A DNA stretch of 62,080 nt, the filler included. It is 4 parts of 4 records of this genome, joined end to end, with 100 filler letters (N's around TTAATTAATTAA, not from the genome) between each part and the next. Parts side by side here need not be neighbours in the genome. Positions count along the whole stretch, not along the records: positions 21,057 to 37,468 come from SRR20825006_342; positions 37,569 to 50,182 come from SRR20825006_344; 2 more parts are not named here. One strand, given 5' to 3'. Numbering within the stretch: the stretch's first letter is position 1; every line of letters begins with the position of its first letter. A model generated the notes under the pieces. That model saw only the letters and a list, made by a program, of their open reading frames with translations. It did not search any database and was not told where the DNA came from. Positions 29,207-37,627 of the stretch are shown piece after piece. The translations under genes were made by a program, and so were the position numbers.

Positions 29207-29497
29207 ATGGCTGAAACGACGCAAAGTGCCGGTGGGCTGGAAATTCTTGACAGTATTTTTGGGTATCTGAACAAAACCAAGAATGCCGTTTTTGAAACCT
29301 ATTCCCAATGGCAAGCGACCTTTGGCAGCGAGAACGCCATGGATGGCGGGGGGGATTATGCAACGGGTGAAAATGCCGGTAGCTGGTCAAACCCAAATCC
29401 GTCACCGCCTGCAAGTGGCTCGGCAAATACCGGGCTCTATATCGGTGTCGGTGTGGCTTTGCTGGCCGGAATGATCGTTCTCACGCGCAAAAAATAG
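29207..29497 (+). CDS. Virion membrane protein (PM2 P3-like position)
   Basis: C-terminal TM GLYIGVGVALLAGMIVL followed by RKK; first gene after the MCP. Confidence 0.65.
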   Translation: MAETTQSAGGLEILDSIFGYLNKTKNAVFETYSQWQATFGSENAMDGGGDYATGENAGSWSNPNPSPPASGSANTGLYIGVGVALLAGMIVLTRKK

Positions 29498-29506
29498 GGG
29501 GCGCAT

Positions 29507-29752
29507 ATGTTTCCTGCGCTTTCTGGTCTTACCGGAATGATGGGCGGCGGGGGTGGCGGCGGTAGCTGGCTGGAAACGTCCAGCGAAGCAACTGCCATGT
29601 CCAACGCCCGCGCAACATCCGGGCAGATTTACAGCTACAACACTGCGCCGTTTATCGTCGGAGGTGACGATGACAACGCGGTTTCAATGATCAAGATGGC
29701 CGTTCCGTTTGTGGCCGCTGGGGTGATGGCATGGCTGGTATTGAAACGGTGA
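29507..29752 (+). CDS. Gly/Ser-rich virion membrane protein (PM2 P8-like)
   Basis: MFPALSGLTGMMGGGG..SSEAT.. with C-terminal TM and KR. Confidence 0.65.
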   Translation: MFPALSGLTGMMGGGGGGGSWLETSSEATAMSNARATSGQIYSYNTAPFIVGGDDDNAVSMIKMAVPFVAAGVMAWLVLKR

Positions 29753-30147
29753 CGTTGGGGGTTGTGGCGTGGGATGACACGGCGGCGGAACATTTCCGCC
29801 CCGTTGTCCTGCCAGACAGCCCAACCGGCCTTGAGGGGCTGCAAAACGACGTGGAAGCGGGGGCGGCTTCTGTGCTGGCCGTTATGGCCGATGGGGAGCG
29901 TATCGGGTCGGTTTTGGTCCGGCTTCTGGCGGGCGGGGATGGTCTGCATTTCGTGATTGAATGCGCCAATGCCGATCTGCCGGGGTTTGATCTGGTCGAA
30001 ACCTGCATGCCCGCCCTTGAGGGCTGGGCCGCAAAACTCGGATGTGTCGCGGTCGATGTACCAACGCATCGTCCCGGATTGGTTTTCAAGATGAAACGGC
30101 GCGATTACCAAGTGGTTCAAACCGTGATGCGAAAGGCGATTGCATGA
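29731..30147 (+). CDS. Hypothetical protein, possible GNAT-like fold
   Basis: DGERIGSVLV..ALEGWAAKLGCVAVDV..RPGL pattern. Confidence 0.5.
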   Translation: MAGIETVTLGVVAWDDTAAEHFRPVVLPDSPTGLEGLQNDVEAGAASVLAVMADGERIGSVLVRLLAGGDGLHFVIECANADLPGFDLVETCMPALEGWAAKLGCVAVDVPTHRPGLVFKMKRRDYQVVQTVMRKAIA

Positions 30148-30518
30148 GTTCCGCACTAAGCAATTCCAGTAGCAAAAGTAGCAGCACAACGACCAGCAAC
30201 AACTATGACCAGCGGGCAGGGGCCGAAGATGGTTCTATCGCGGTTTCGGGTGGTGGACAGGTCAATATCGACGCGACCACGCCAGAGGCTTGGGATTTTG
30301 CCGCCGATGTGAATGCAGACGCGCTTGATCTAGCGGCTATCACGGTCGGATCGGCCTTTAGCGCACTGGAAAAGTCCAATCAGACGGTTGGCACCGCACT
30401 TACGGAATTGCGCAAGGCGAATACGTCTGACACCGCAAACACGCTGGAAATGTTGATCAAGATCGGCGTTCCGGTGCTTGGCGCGGCCTTCATCCTTCCA
30501 GCGATCTTTAAGAAATAG
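30144..30518 (+). CDS. Ser/Thr-rich virion membrane protein
   Basis: ATGA-coupled start MSSALSNSSSKSSSTTTSNN; C-terminal TM and KK. Confidence 0.65.
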   Translation: MSSALSNSSSKSSSTTTSNNYDQRAGAEDGSIAVSGGGQVNIDATTPEAWDFAADVNADALDLAAITVGSAFSALEKSNQTVGTALTELRKANTSDTANTLEMLIKIGVPVLGAAFILPAIFKK

Positions 30519-30525
30519 GGGCAGC

Positions 30526-31233
30526 ATGGCCGATAGTTCATTTTTCCAAAGCTACAAAGGATCGGTTCAGCCGGGGGATTTGTTCACGATCCATCGCCGG
30601 GGCCGCTCCGTTGCCATGGTTGCTGCGTCCGATGATCTGGAAATCGTGATCAATGACGGGTCGCGTTCCCGGTTCTTTGCCGGTGCGTCCCTGAGCTTTG
30701 ATGTCGAGTTCGAGAAAATCCAGATTTTCAACCCGAACGCAACGGCGGCGACCTTCGAACTATGGACCGCCATGGGCCGGGTTGATGACAACCGCCTGAC
30801 CGCTTCGGGCGATCTGAATGTGATTGATCCGAACACGGGGGACAGCTTCGCCAACGTGATCGCCAAGAATGCCGAAATTCTGGCGATGATGCAGAGCGAC
30901 ACGGATCAAGGGCACCCGGTAAAGGTGTTAGGGGAGAATGCTGCAACGGCAGGTTTTATAGCGTCCTCTGTGGAAATCATAAGCCCATTGCTAAACACAA
31001 ACGGGGTGATTGTTCGTCATGCTTCGATTTTGACAGCGGCGTCTTATGCTGCTGGGCTTTTTTATGGGGCGTCTGCACCGGGAAGCATGGTTTCAAATCA
31101 TGCGTTAATACGAAGTTCGAACGCTGTGCCGGTCCATGATGGTCAGTTTTTGTTGTCTGCCGGTTTGGGGCTGTGGGCGTTATCCACTGTTGTGAATGGA
31201 TATTACACCGTTAGCTGGGATTATTTGCCATGA
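30526..31233 (+). CDS. Putative penton/spike receptor-binding protein
   Basis: Beta-rich N-terminal domain ending FEKIQIFNP..GRVDDNR, then a linker and a second beta-rich domain; AGGGG RBS. Confidence 0.6.
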   Translation: MADSSFFQSYKGSVQPGDLFTIHRRGRSVAMVAASDDLEIVINDGSRSRFFAGASLSFDVEFEKIQIFNPNATAATFELWTAMGRVDDNRLTASGDLNVIDPNTGDSFANVIAKNAEILAMMQSDTDQGHPVKVLGENAATAGFIASSVEIISPLLNTNGVIVRHASILTAASYAAGLFYGASAPGSMVSNHALIRSSNAVPVHDGQFLLSAGLGLWALSTVVNGYYTVSWDYLP

Positions 31234-31454
31234 GTGATATGGAAGTTTTAAGCCTTGCCTATCAGCGTCAGGCGCAGGGAGACACTCGTGATCTATCGGT
31301 TATCATAGCGGATATCCGGGCAGATCTTGCCACCATGCAATCGCCCGCGCCGGGGCCAACGGATGAAATCGGTTTCAAGTCCGAAGTGATCAAGGGTGTT
31401 CGCACTGAATACAAGATCATGGGTGATGGCTCTATGGTCGAGGTGACGTCATGA
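31230..31454 (+). CDS. Phage hypothetical protein
   Basis: ATGA overlaps at both ends. Confidence 0.55.
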   Translation: MSDMEVLSLAYQRQAQGDTRDLSVIIADIRADLATMQSPAPGPTDEIGFKSEVIKGVRTEYKIMGDGSMVEVTS

Positions 31455-31954
31455 TGAAAGATGCACTCCTTCTGGTCGGGGCTGGTGGGCTTGCTTTTGC
31501 AGCGTTTCAGGTTGCCAAGGGCAAATCGGTCACAACGATCGATCTGACCAATGCCGGACAAATCAGTCAGGAAGTCGACACCATCGCCCGGACGATCTGG
31601 GGCGAGGCGCGGGGCGAGGGTGAACGCGGCATGCATGCCGTTGCCAACGTCATTATGAACCGTGCGCGGGTTGGCGGATGGTGGGGCAATAGCCCGGTGG
31701 AAGTCTGCCTGAAGCCTGCTCAGTTCTCCGCTTGGAACCGCAATGATCCGAATTTTGACCTTGCCCGCAAGGTGACTACGCAGGACCCGCAGTTCCGTCT
31801 GGCCTTGCAGATTGCTGGCAGGGCGATTGCGGGCACCCTGGACGATATCACCGGGGGTGCAACGCACTATTTCAATCCGAATGTGGTCTTGCCGTCTTGG
31901 GCCAGTGCGCTAACGCGCCTTACCGATATCGGCAACCATCGCTTTTACGTTTAG
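31451..31954 (+). CDS. Cell wall hydrolase (SleB/Hydrolase_2) with N-terminal TM
   Basis: ARTIWGEARGE, AVANVIMNR, QFSAWN, GATHYFNP, IGNHRFY. Confidence 0.9.
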   Translation: MMKDALLLVGAGGLAFAAFQVAKGKSVTTIDLTNAGQISQEVDTIARTIWGEARGEGERGMHAVANVIMNRARVGGWWGNSPVEVCLKPAQFSAWNRNDPNFDLARKVTTQDPQFRLALQIAGRAIAGTLDDITGGATHYFNPNVVLPSWASALTRLTDIGNHRFYV

Positions 31955-31961
31955 GTGACGC

Positions 31962-32240
31962 ATGGCGACCTTCGAACCGCATTACGATAGCGCATTGCAT
32001 TCCGTGGAATACATGGACGGGCGCTGGATGACGTGCGGTGTGCTGGATCAGCATGCATGCATGAATTTGGCGCTTGATGCGGCGACAATTGAAGGTGAAG
32101 GCGATCCGGTGGGCGATCCGTTCGAAGATGATACCGGGTTGGTAATTGGTATGCCCCTTGAATACGAAACGATTGATTGGGGCGTGATTGCGCTCATGTG
32201 CGGCGCGGTGCTGTTCATGGCGGCTTTGGAAAGGGGGTAA
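31962..32240 (+). CDS. Acidic protein with C-terminal TM
   Basis: AGGTG RBS; WGVIALMCGAVLFMAAL. Confidence 0.55.
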   Translation: MATFEPHYDSALHSVEYMDGRWMTCGVLDQHACMNLALDAATIEGEGDPVGDPFEDDTGLVIGMPLEYETIDWGVIALMCGAVLFMAALERG

Positions 32241-32296
32241 TCGTGCGTCTGGGCTTGCGATTGCAGATGATCAACAAACAGGAGGGTGATGACGAC

Positions 32297-32389
32297 ATGG
32301 CAAAAGGTAAAAAAGCCAATGGTCGGCTGAAAAAGGGCTATCGCTACGCCAAGGGCGGGCGCGTGGTCAAAGCGAAAGGCCGTAAGTAA
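32297..32389 (+). CDS. 30-aa highly basic protein, putative DNA-binding
   Basis: MAKGKKANGRLKKGYRYAKGGRVVKAKGRK*; GGAGG upstream; TAATG coupling to the next gene. Confidence 0.65.
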   Translation: MAKGKKANGRLKKGYRYAKGGRVVKAKGRK

Positions 32390-32538
32390 TGCCGTTGCCG
32401 CTGATTTATTTTGGCGTCGGCGTGCTGTTTGGCGGCGGGGGCGTCTGGCTTGCCGGGGATGCTGCCAAAAAGGTCGGCAATGCCGCCCTGATCGTCGGCG
32501 GCGTCTATCTCGGCGGCAAATACCTGAAAGCGTGGTGA
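32389..32538 (+). CDS. 49-aa membrane protein with two hydrophobic segments (not in ORF track)
   Basis: MPLPLIYFGVGVLFGGGGVWLAGDAAKKVGNAALIVGGVYLGGKYLKAW*. Confidence 0.6.
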   Translation: MPLPLIYFGVGVLFGGGGVWLAGDAAKKVGNAALIVGGVYLGGKYLKAW

Positions 32539-32609
32539 ATGGCTGATATCACGCTATGGCAGGTTCTATCCGGGGGCGGCGATCTGGCGACAATCGGTTT
32601 TCTGTACTT
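32539..32609 (+). pseudogene. Small hydrophobic phage ORF interrupted by the transposon end
   Basis: MADITLWQVLSGGGDLATIGFLY then runs into the GAGGGTCGGC repeat. Confidence 0.5.
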
Positions 32610-32656
32610 GAGGGTCGGCAACGATTCTGACGCAATCCTCCAAAATTTGCCTTAAC
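32610..32656. repeat. Terminal inverted repeat of Tn3-family element (TnXax1-like GAGGG end); inner limit approximate
   Basis: GAGGGTCGGCAACGATTC.. just downstream of the tnpA stop. Confidence 0.75.
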
Positions 32657-32665
32657 CTATTGTAT

Positions 32666-35638
32666 TTAAATTATTTTGGCGTTGTAGCTCATGGGTGAAA
32701 CCTGCCGATCAAAATCAAGCGTATAATCGCCAAATCGGTTGATATGGTCCGTGCGGTATGGGGCCAGCCCTTTGAGAATATCGTGATCAATATGATGACC
32801 GCGCTCTTTGAGATCTTTAAGGGTTAACGTCATCGACTCCACATTGTGAAGAATGACCAGGTTGGCCACCAAGTGGTTATATTTGATCACCTTCCGTTGC
32901 TCGTGACGGATATTCTCGGCGATCACCCCCTCGCCGCCGAAGAACAGCCATTTCACGAACTGGTTGAACTCTTCCGTTTTGTTCGTCTCCGCATGAATGG
33001 TTCGCCGCAACTCCACGCTGCCAATGTAGTCCAGAAGAAAGGTTGTCCGAACGACCCTCCCCAGTTCCCGGAAAGCAAAGTAGAGTTTGTTCTTGAGGCT
33101 TGCGGTACCTAAACGTCGCAGTACCGTAGACGGTGCGATTTTTCCAGCCTTAATCGATAGCGCCACCCGGAGCATGTCCGGCACATGGGTTTCAATCAGT
33201 TTCCAGTTGATAGTCTCGCTGAACAAAGCATTGATGTGCTCATACCGTTGGCGTTTGTCAGACTTGTAGAACACCAGCTGCTTCAGATTCCGGATGCGGG
33301 GCATCAGGTTGATACCCAGCAGGTAAGCCAACCCGAAGACGGGCGCACTTTGCGCCTGAGTATCGCCATGCAAGGTGTCAGGCTGGATATCGGAGTCGTT
33401 TTTGATCAGTCCATCAAGGATGTAAATGGCCTCATAAACGCCGCAAGGAATGAAGTGGCTGAACAGCGCGATGTATTTGTCCGAGACGTGGTAGTAGCCC
33501 ACCCCGCCATAGCCACCGTACCGTATGTGGTATTCCGATAGCAGATTCTGTTCGTACAGGTTCCATTTTGTGCCATCGGCGGCGGCCCGCTGGCCAGTTC
33601 CCCAGTGTCGCGGCAGCCGGTAGCGGTTGTAGGCATTGATAACCTGTACAATCGCCTGCTCCAGGCGCTCTTCGGTGACGTGCCGCAGGTTGAGCCAGGA
33701 CACCTGCCGGCGATTAAGCGTCGTGATGGATCGCGCGGTCTGAGTTGGCCCGAGATTGCAGCCATAGCAAAATAAGGTCGAAACAAAGCGGGTACGGGGG
33801 TCGTCCAGCTTGCCCTCAAATCCGGAAAGTGGCCCAAAGCGTTTGTGGAGGCCCAGCCATTTTTCGGCTTCCACCAGGATGTCGAGAATGTTCTTTTCGG
33901 GCATATTTTGGGATAACTGCTTATCAATCTCAGCTAACCCATCCGGAGGCGCTCTACGGCGGTGCTTCCGGATCACCAGATCTTCACCATGGAAGACGGC
34001 GTATTCATTCTCCGGGAAGCCACGGTCAATGCGGTCGGCCGTTTCGCTCAACCGGGAGTGGGCTTGTACCACAAAAGCGGCTGGGTCGGATTCGATATCA
34101 ATCATCGCACTGTAGTCCGCTATCTGGGCATCATAGACACTCCAATCCACCAGCTGATCGCGGTAGTCACTGTACTGGTCGCTATTCGCGACCGCGAGAT
34201 CGCCGGAAATCAGTTCACGCTTCACCTGTGTCAGTACGCCCAGCTCGAAATACTTCCGGTAGACCATCCCGGGGGGCAGCTGGCTTGGCCCGGTCCCCAA
34301 TACCAAACGGCGCCAACGCTCCGGTAGCCAGGACACGTCGACGGGTTGACTACTGAGGACAAGGCATTCCTTACGGCTGTGCCGGTGCTTTTTCAGAGTC
34401 GCAATCGCCTCAATCAAAGATTGATCGTGGCTGGTTGCCGCCAGATCCAGTAGTTCAAGGCAATTGAATAACAGGGGGCGTAACGGGCGGTAGGGTTGCA
34501 GCATGAACGGGATGAAGTTATTGCCAGCATAGGCCATGTGTTCCTCACACTCTGCCAGTAATTCATCAGGATCGCTCTGGATGGCAGCCGCCACTCGGGC
34601 ACCTCGCTCGGAGTCCGTTGGCGCTTCCTGGACGGCGGTCAGTACGTCACGCAGTTGAGCCACCAGCCTGTCCATGCGTTTCATGTGATCCAGGTGATAC
34701 TGGTTCAGGTTGGCTTCTGCCTTGGTTTTGATGTTGCGCATCTTGCGAACAAAGATGTCGACCGCATCGTCCATCGCGCGACGCAATTGGGCATGGACCA
34801 GCAGAACCATCAAAGCGTAGCGTTTGGTGCTTTGCATGGCCTTGATGTTGGCCGCGCCCAGCGCTCGTGCTTCCAGTATGAAGTGGTGATATTTGGCGGC
34901 GGGAATGTGATCAACAGCGGGCAATTGTTGACACCAACCCTGAAGCCATTCCAGGTGCTGAAGATACTTCTTCACTTCCGTATTGGTCGGCTTTTTGGGT
35001 TCCTGTTTCAACTTATGCCAACTGGTATGAGGGGAATCATCCGGCACTTGCAGCAACTGGTCAAATTCGTTTTTTTGATGCGCTGTCAAACCCACATTGA
35101 GCGTCCGAAAGTAACCGGTATTGACCGTGCTGCGAGCCTGACGCGCGGTCCGTTGCAACGTTGAAAAACCCGGTAACTCAAAACGCTGGCGCACCAGCTC
35201 TTCAATCACCACATTGATGATGTCCGCCAGGTCCTGCTTGGTGGTGGCCGCTTCACGCGCTAGTTCCCGTACAATTGCCTTGCCTTCAACGGTGAACGCC
35301 TTGATGCCCACCTGTTGACGAACCGTCTCCAGCATCCGCTGACGGGCGCCGCCATTGCGGTCGTAGACCCTGAGCTGGCTCAATGCGAGATGTGAAAGGT
35401 CGTCGCACGCCAGAATGTGCGTTGTAATGGATTGGGGAACGGCTTTGAGATGGACAAAGTAGCCCAGACGCTGCACTGTTTTCAGGAGAATGAGTAGGGC
35501 GCCACGAGCAGCCGGAGTTCGACCGTGCTTTCGGGCAAAGGATCGTTCCTGGGTAGAGGGTGTATAAATTTCTGCCAGTTCTTGATCCGAGACCACCGCC
35601 TTCAATCGCGGATAGGCGGTTTCATGGAGGCTACTCAT
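32666..35638 (-). CDS. tnpA: Tn3-family transposase
   Basis: HETAYPRL, AADGT, HGDTQAQ, ELGRVVRT, NKTEEFN, HINRFGDY. Confidence 0.96.
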   Translation of the reverse strand: MSSLHETAYPRLKAVVSDQELAEIYTPSTQERSFARKHGRTPAARGALLILLKTVQRLGYFVHLKAVPQSITTHILACDDLSHLALSQLRVYDRNGGARQRMLETVRQQVGIKAFTVEGKAIVRELAREAATTKQDLADIINVVIEELVRQRFELPGFSTLQRTARQARSTVNTGYFRTLNVGLTAHQKNEFDQLLQVPDDSPHTSWHKLKQEPKKPTNTEVKKYLQHLEWLQGWCQQLPAVDHIPAAKYHHFILEARALGAANIKAMQSTKRYALMVLLVHAQLRRAMDDAVDIFVRKMRNIKTKAEANLNQYHLDHMKRMDRLVAQLRDVLTAVQEAPTDSERGARVAAAIQSDPDELLAECEEHMAYAGNNFIPFMLQPYRPLRPLLFNCLELLDLAATSHDQSLIEAIATLKKHRHSRKECLVLSSQPVDVSWLPERWRRLVLGTGPSQLPPGMVYRKYFELGVLTQVKRELISGDLAVANSDQYSDYRDQLVDWSVYDAQIADYSAMIDIESDPAAFVVQAHSRLSETADRIDRGFPENEYAVFHGEDLVIRKHRRRAPPDGLAEIDKQLSQNMPEKNILDILVEAEKWLGLHKRFGPLSGFEGKLDDPRTRFVSTLFCYGCNLGPTQTARSITTLNRRQVSWLNLRHVTEERLEQAIVQVINAYNRYRLPRHWGTGQRAAADGTKWNLYEQNLLSEYHIRYGGYGGVGYYHVSDKYIALFSHFIPCGVYEAIYILDGLIKNDSDIQPDTLHGDTQAQSAPVFGLAYLLGINLMPRIRNLKQLVFYKSDKRQRYEHINALFSETINWKLIETHVPDMLRVALSIKAGKIAPSTVLRRLGTASLKNKLYFAFRELGRVVRTTFLLDYIGSVELRRTIHAETNKTEEFNQFVKWLFFGGEGVIAENIRHEQRKVIKYNHLVANLVILHNVESMTLTLKDLKERGHHIDHDILKGLAPYRTDHINRFGDYTLDFDRQVSPMSYNAKII

Positions 35639-35863
35639 ACGCAGTTCTTCGCTATGGGGTTCCAGTGAAAGGCATTAGCCCACAGTACTTTCGCTCTTGA
35701 GGGGGGCATTGCTTATAGTAGGCAGCAATTCGTCAAGACCAAAGGAACCGCCCGTTATTTTGTGAACGCCACGCTCGCTTTACGTTACGGGATTATTCGG
35801 TCATCGATCGCCGGTTCCCCGATTTATTGAATCGTTACACCACACCGCAGACTGATTCGAGCT

Positions 35864-36170
35864 ATGGCCATTGAGCATCTTTCCCCCCCCACTGATCATT
35901 CACACCTACCAACGCCTTTCTAGTGCCCAGCTAATCGCTCTGGCAGGGACCGGGCTAACGACGGTGGCGCTGGCGCCGCTGGCCCATGACTGACGGGCGG
36001 CAGTGCGGGCCAGGTGCTCGGCATTGCGCTGGCCCTGAAGATGATTGCCTACGCCCTAATAGCACCTCTGTTTGGGGCTGTTGCCCAAAAACTTCCCCGC
36101 CGTACTCTGCTGGTCACACTGGACATTCTGAGGGCCTGCGGGGTTGCCCTTTGTCACTGAGGTTTGGCAG
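35864..36170 (+). pseudogene. Frameshifted 5' fragment of NreB-like MFS (nickel resistance) transporter
   Basis: Across frameshifts: [56 protein letters not shown]. Confidence 0.7.
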
Positions 36171-36618
36171 GGGGCCCACTCTGGCTAGGGTAGGTACAAA
36201 ATTTTCGCCCAACCCCTTCATGTAATGACGCAATTAAGGGGCACGAGATATTGCCCTCTTGGGCGCAGCACCGATCAACCATGGCGCTCAGTAAAACCTC
36301 AATTTGCTGTAGCTTTTCGATCTTCCCACGTACGTCGTGCAACTTGCGCTCCGCGAGAGTGCTGGCTTCCTGGCAGTGGGTGCCGTCTTCGAGTCGGAGC
36401 AGGTCGCTGACCTCATCGAGACTGAAGCCTAACTGCTGCGATGTTTTCACAAAGCTCAACCTGCCGATATCGCTGGGACCGTAGCGTCGAATACCCCCGA
36501 GAGGACGCTGGGGCTCAGGTATTAACCCACGTCGCTGGTAGTAGCGGATGGTCTCAACTGAGACGTTCGCCGCCTTAGCCAGCCCCCCGATGGTCAATGA
36601 GTTCATTTCATCCGGCAT
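36154..36618 (-). CDS. merR: Hg(II)-responsive regulator MerR
   Basis: [32 protein letters not shown] (three Hg-binding Cys). Confidence 0.93.
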   Translation of the reverse strand: MPDEMNSLTIGGLAKAANVSVETIRYYQRRGLIPEPQRPLGGIRRYGPSDIGRLSFVKTSQQLGFSLDEVSDLLRLEDGTHCQEASTLAERKLHDVRGKIEKLQQIEVLLSAMVDRCCAQEGNISCPLIASLHEGVGRKFCTYPSQSGPPAKPQ

Positions 36619-36623
36619 TTGCC

Positions 36624-36654
36624 TTGACTCCGTAGTTGACTACGGCCTCAAGCT
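36624..36654 (+). promoter_or_regulatory. mer operator/promoter
   Basis: TTGACT, a 19-bp spacer containing dyad CCGTAG-TTGA-CTACGG, then CAAGCT at the -10 position. Confidence 0.85.
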
Positions 36655-36691
36655 TAACCTATCGAACAAGGCCGTAGAAGGTGTAATTGCA

Positions 36692-36840
36692 ATATCAGAG
36701 TTGAATTCCGAGTCACAATCCGGTCGCGAGTCGTTAATCGCAGGCGGGGTTGCAGCCTGCTCGCGTCGGCCTGCTGTCTGGGCACCTTGGCCCTGATCGC
36801 CCTGGGGGGTTCCGGTGCCTGGATCGGCAACCTGGCGAAG
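36692..36840 (+). pseudogene. merT: merT remnant (ATA at start position, frameshift, truncated)
   Basis: GRESLIAGGVAA / LASACCLGTLALIALGGSGAWIGNL. Confidence 0.85.
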
Positions 36841-36859
36841 TCTGCGAGGTACCGCAAGT

Positions 36860-37468
36860 GCGCACCGCTTCGAGACACCCCGCTACCTAGGTATCGACGA
36901 GCTGTACCTGAACCGCCGCTACCTCTGCATCCTGACCAACCTGGAGGAGCGTACCTTGTTAGACCTGCTGCCCGGTCGTCAGCAGGAGGCAGTGACGAAG
37001 CGGCTCATGAGCATGACCGAGCGCGACAAGATCGAGATCGTCAGCATGGACATGTGGAAGCCATATCGCCGTGCCGTCCAGGCGGCGCTGCCACAGGCCC
37101 GCATCGTGGTCGATAAGTTCCATGTTGTGCGTATGGCCAACGAAGCCCTGGAGAAGGTCCGCAAGGGGCTCAGGAAGGAGCTGAAGGCCAACCAACGCCG
37201 AACCCTCAAGGGTGACCGGAAGACCTTGCTGAAGCGGGCTCACGACGTCTCCGACCGCGAACGTCTCATCATGGAAACCTGAATGGGGGCCTTCCCCCAG
37301 CTCCTGGCAGCCTACGAGCACAAGGAGCGGTTCTACCACATCTGGGACTGTGCCAGCCGGCGAGATGCTGAGCAGGCGCTGGCTGCCTGGATTGACGACA
37401 TCCCAGTCACCAATGCCTTCACGGAGTCGATCAACCGGCTGGCCAAGGACAAGAACCGCGATGGCCGG
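36860..37468 (+). pseudogene. ISL3-family transposase fragment
   Basis: LGIDE, SMDMW, VVDKFHVV, TNAFTESIN; no N-terminus, in-frame TGA at 37280, internal deletion. Confidence 0.88.
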
Positions 37469-37568
37469 NNNNNNNNNNNNNNNNNNNNNNNNNNNNNNNN
37501 NNNNNNNNNNNNTTAATTAATTAANNNNNNNNNNNNNNNNNNNNNNNNNNNNNNNNNNNNNNNNNNNN
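37469..37568. other. Artificial contig linker
   Basis: N runs around TTAATTAATTAA. Confidence 0.98.
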
Positions 37569-37627
37569 CAGACGGGGAAGGGGATTATAGGGGATGGGCT
37601 CGAAAAGATGGGGGCTCAAAATAAGCA

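Larger units (their letters stand above)
22672..32609 (+). mobile_element. PM2/corticovirus-like tailless double-jelly-roll prophage, right end interrupted by Tn3-family element
   Basis: Repressor, Rep_trans, packaging ATPase, DJR MCP, small membrane proteins, spike-like protein and cell wall hydrolase in a tightly coupled operon; no tail, terminase, portal or integrase genes seen. Confidence 0.9.
32610..37468 (-). mobile_element. Tn3-family transposon (Tn4651/TnXax1-like) with decayed metal-resistance cargo; other end not in contig
   Basis: IR plus 990-aa TnpA, followed by merR and nreB/merT/ISL3 remnants. Confidence 0.75.

Noticed and set aside
35740-35850. Possible transposon resolution site (CGTTA repeats) upstream of tnpA
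   Set aside because: Repeats are short and no resolvase or TnpS/TnpT gene is visible
36184-36216. GGGGTTGGGCGAAAATTTTGTACC on the minus strand as a Tn3 inverted repeat
   Set aside because: Does not fit the 38-bp GGGG..TAAG pattern, has the wrong orientation relative to merR for a Tn21/Tn501 end, and has no partner copy
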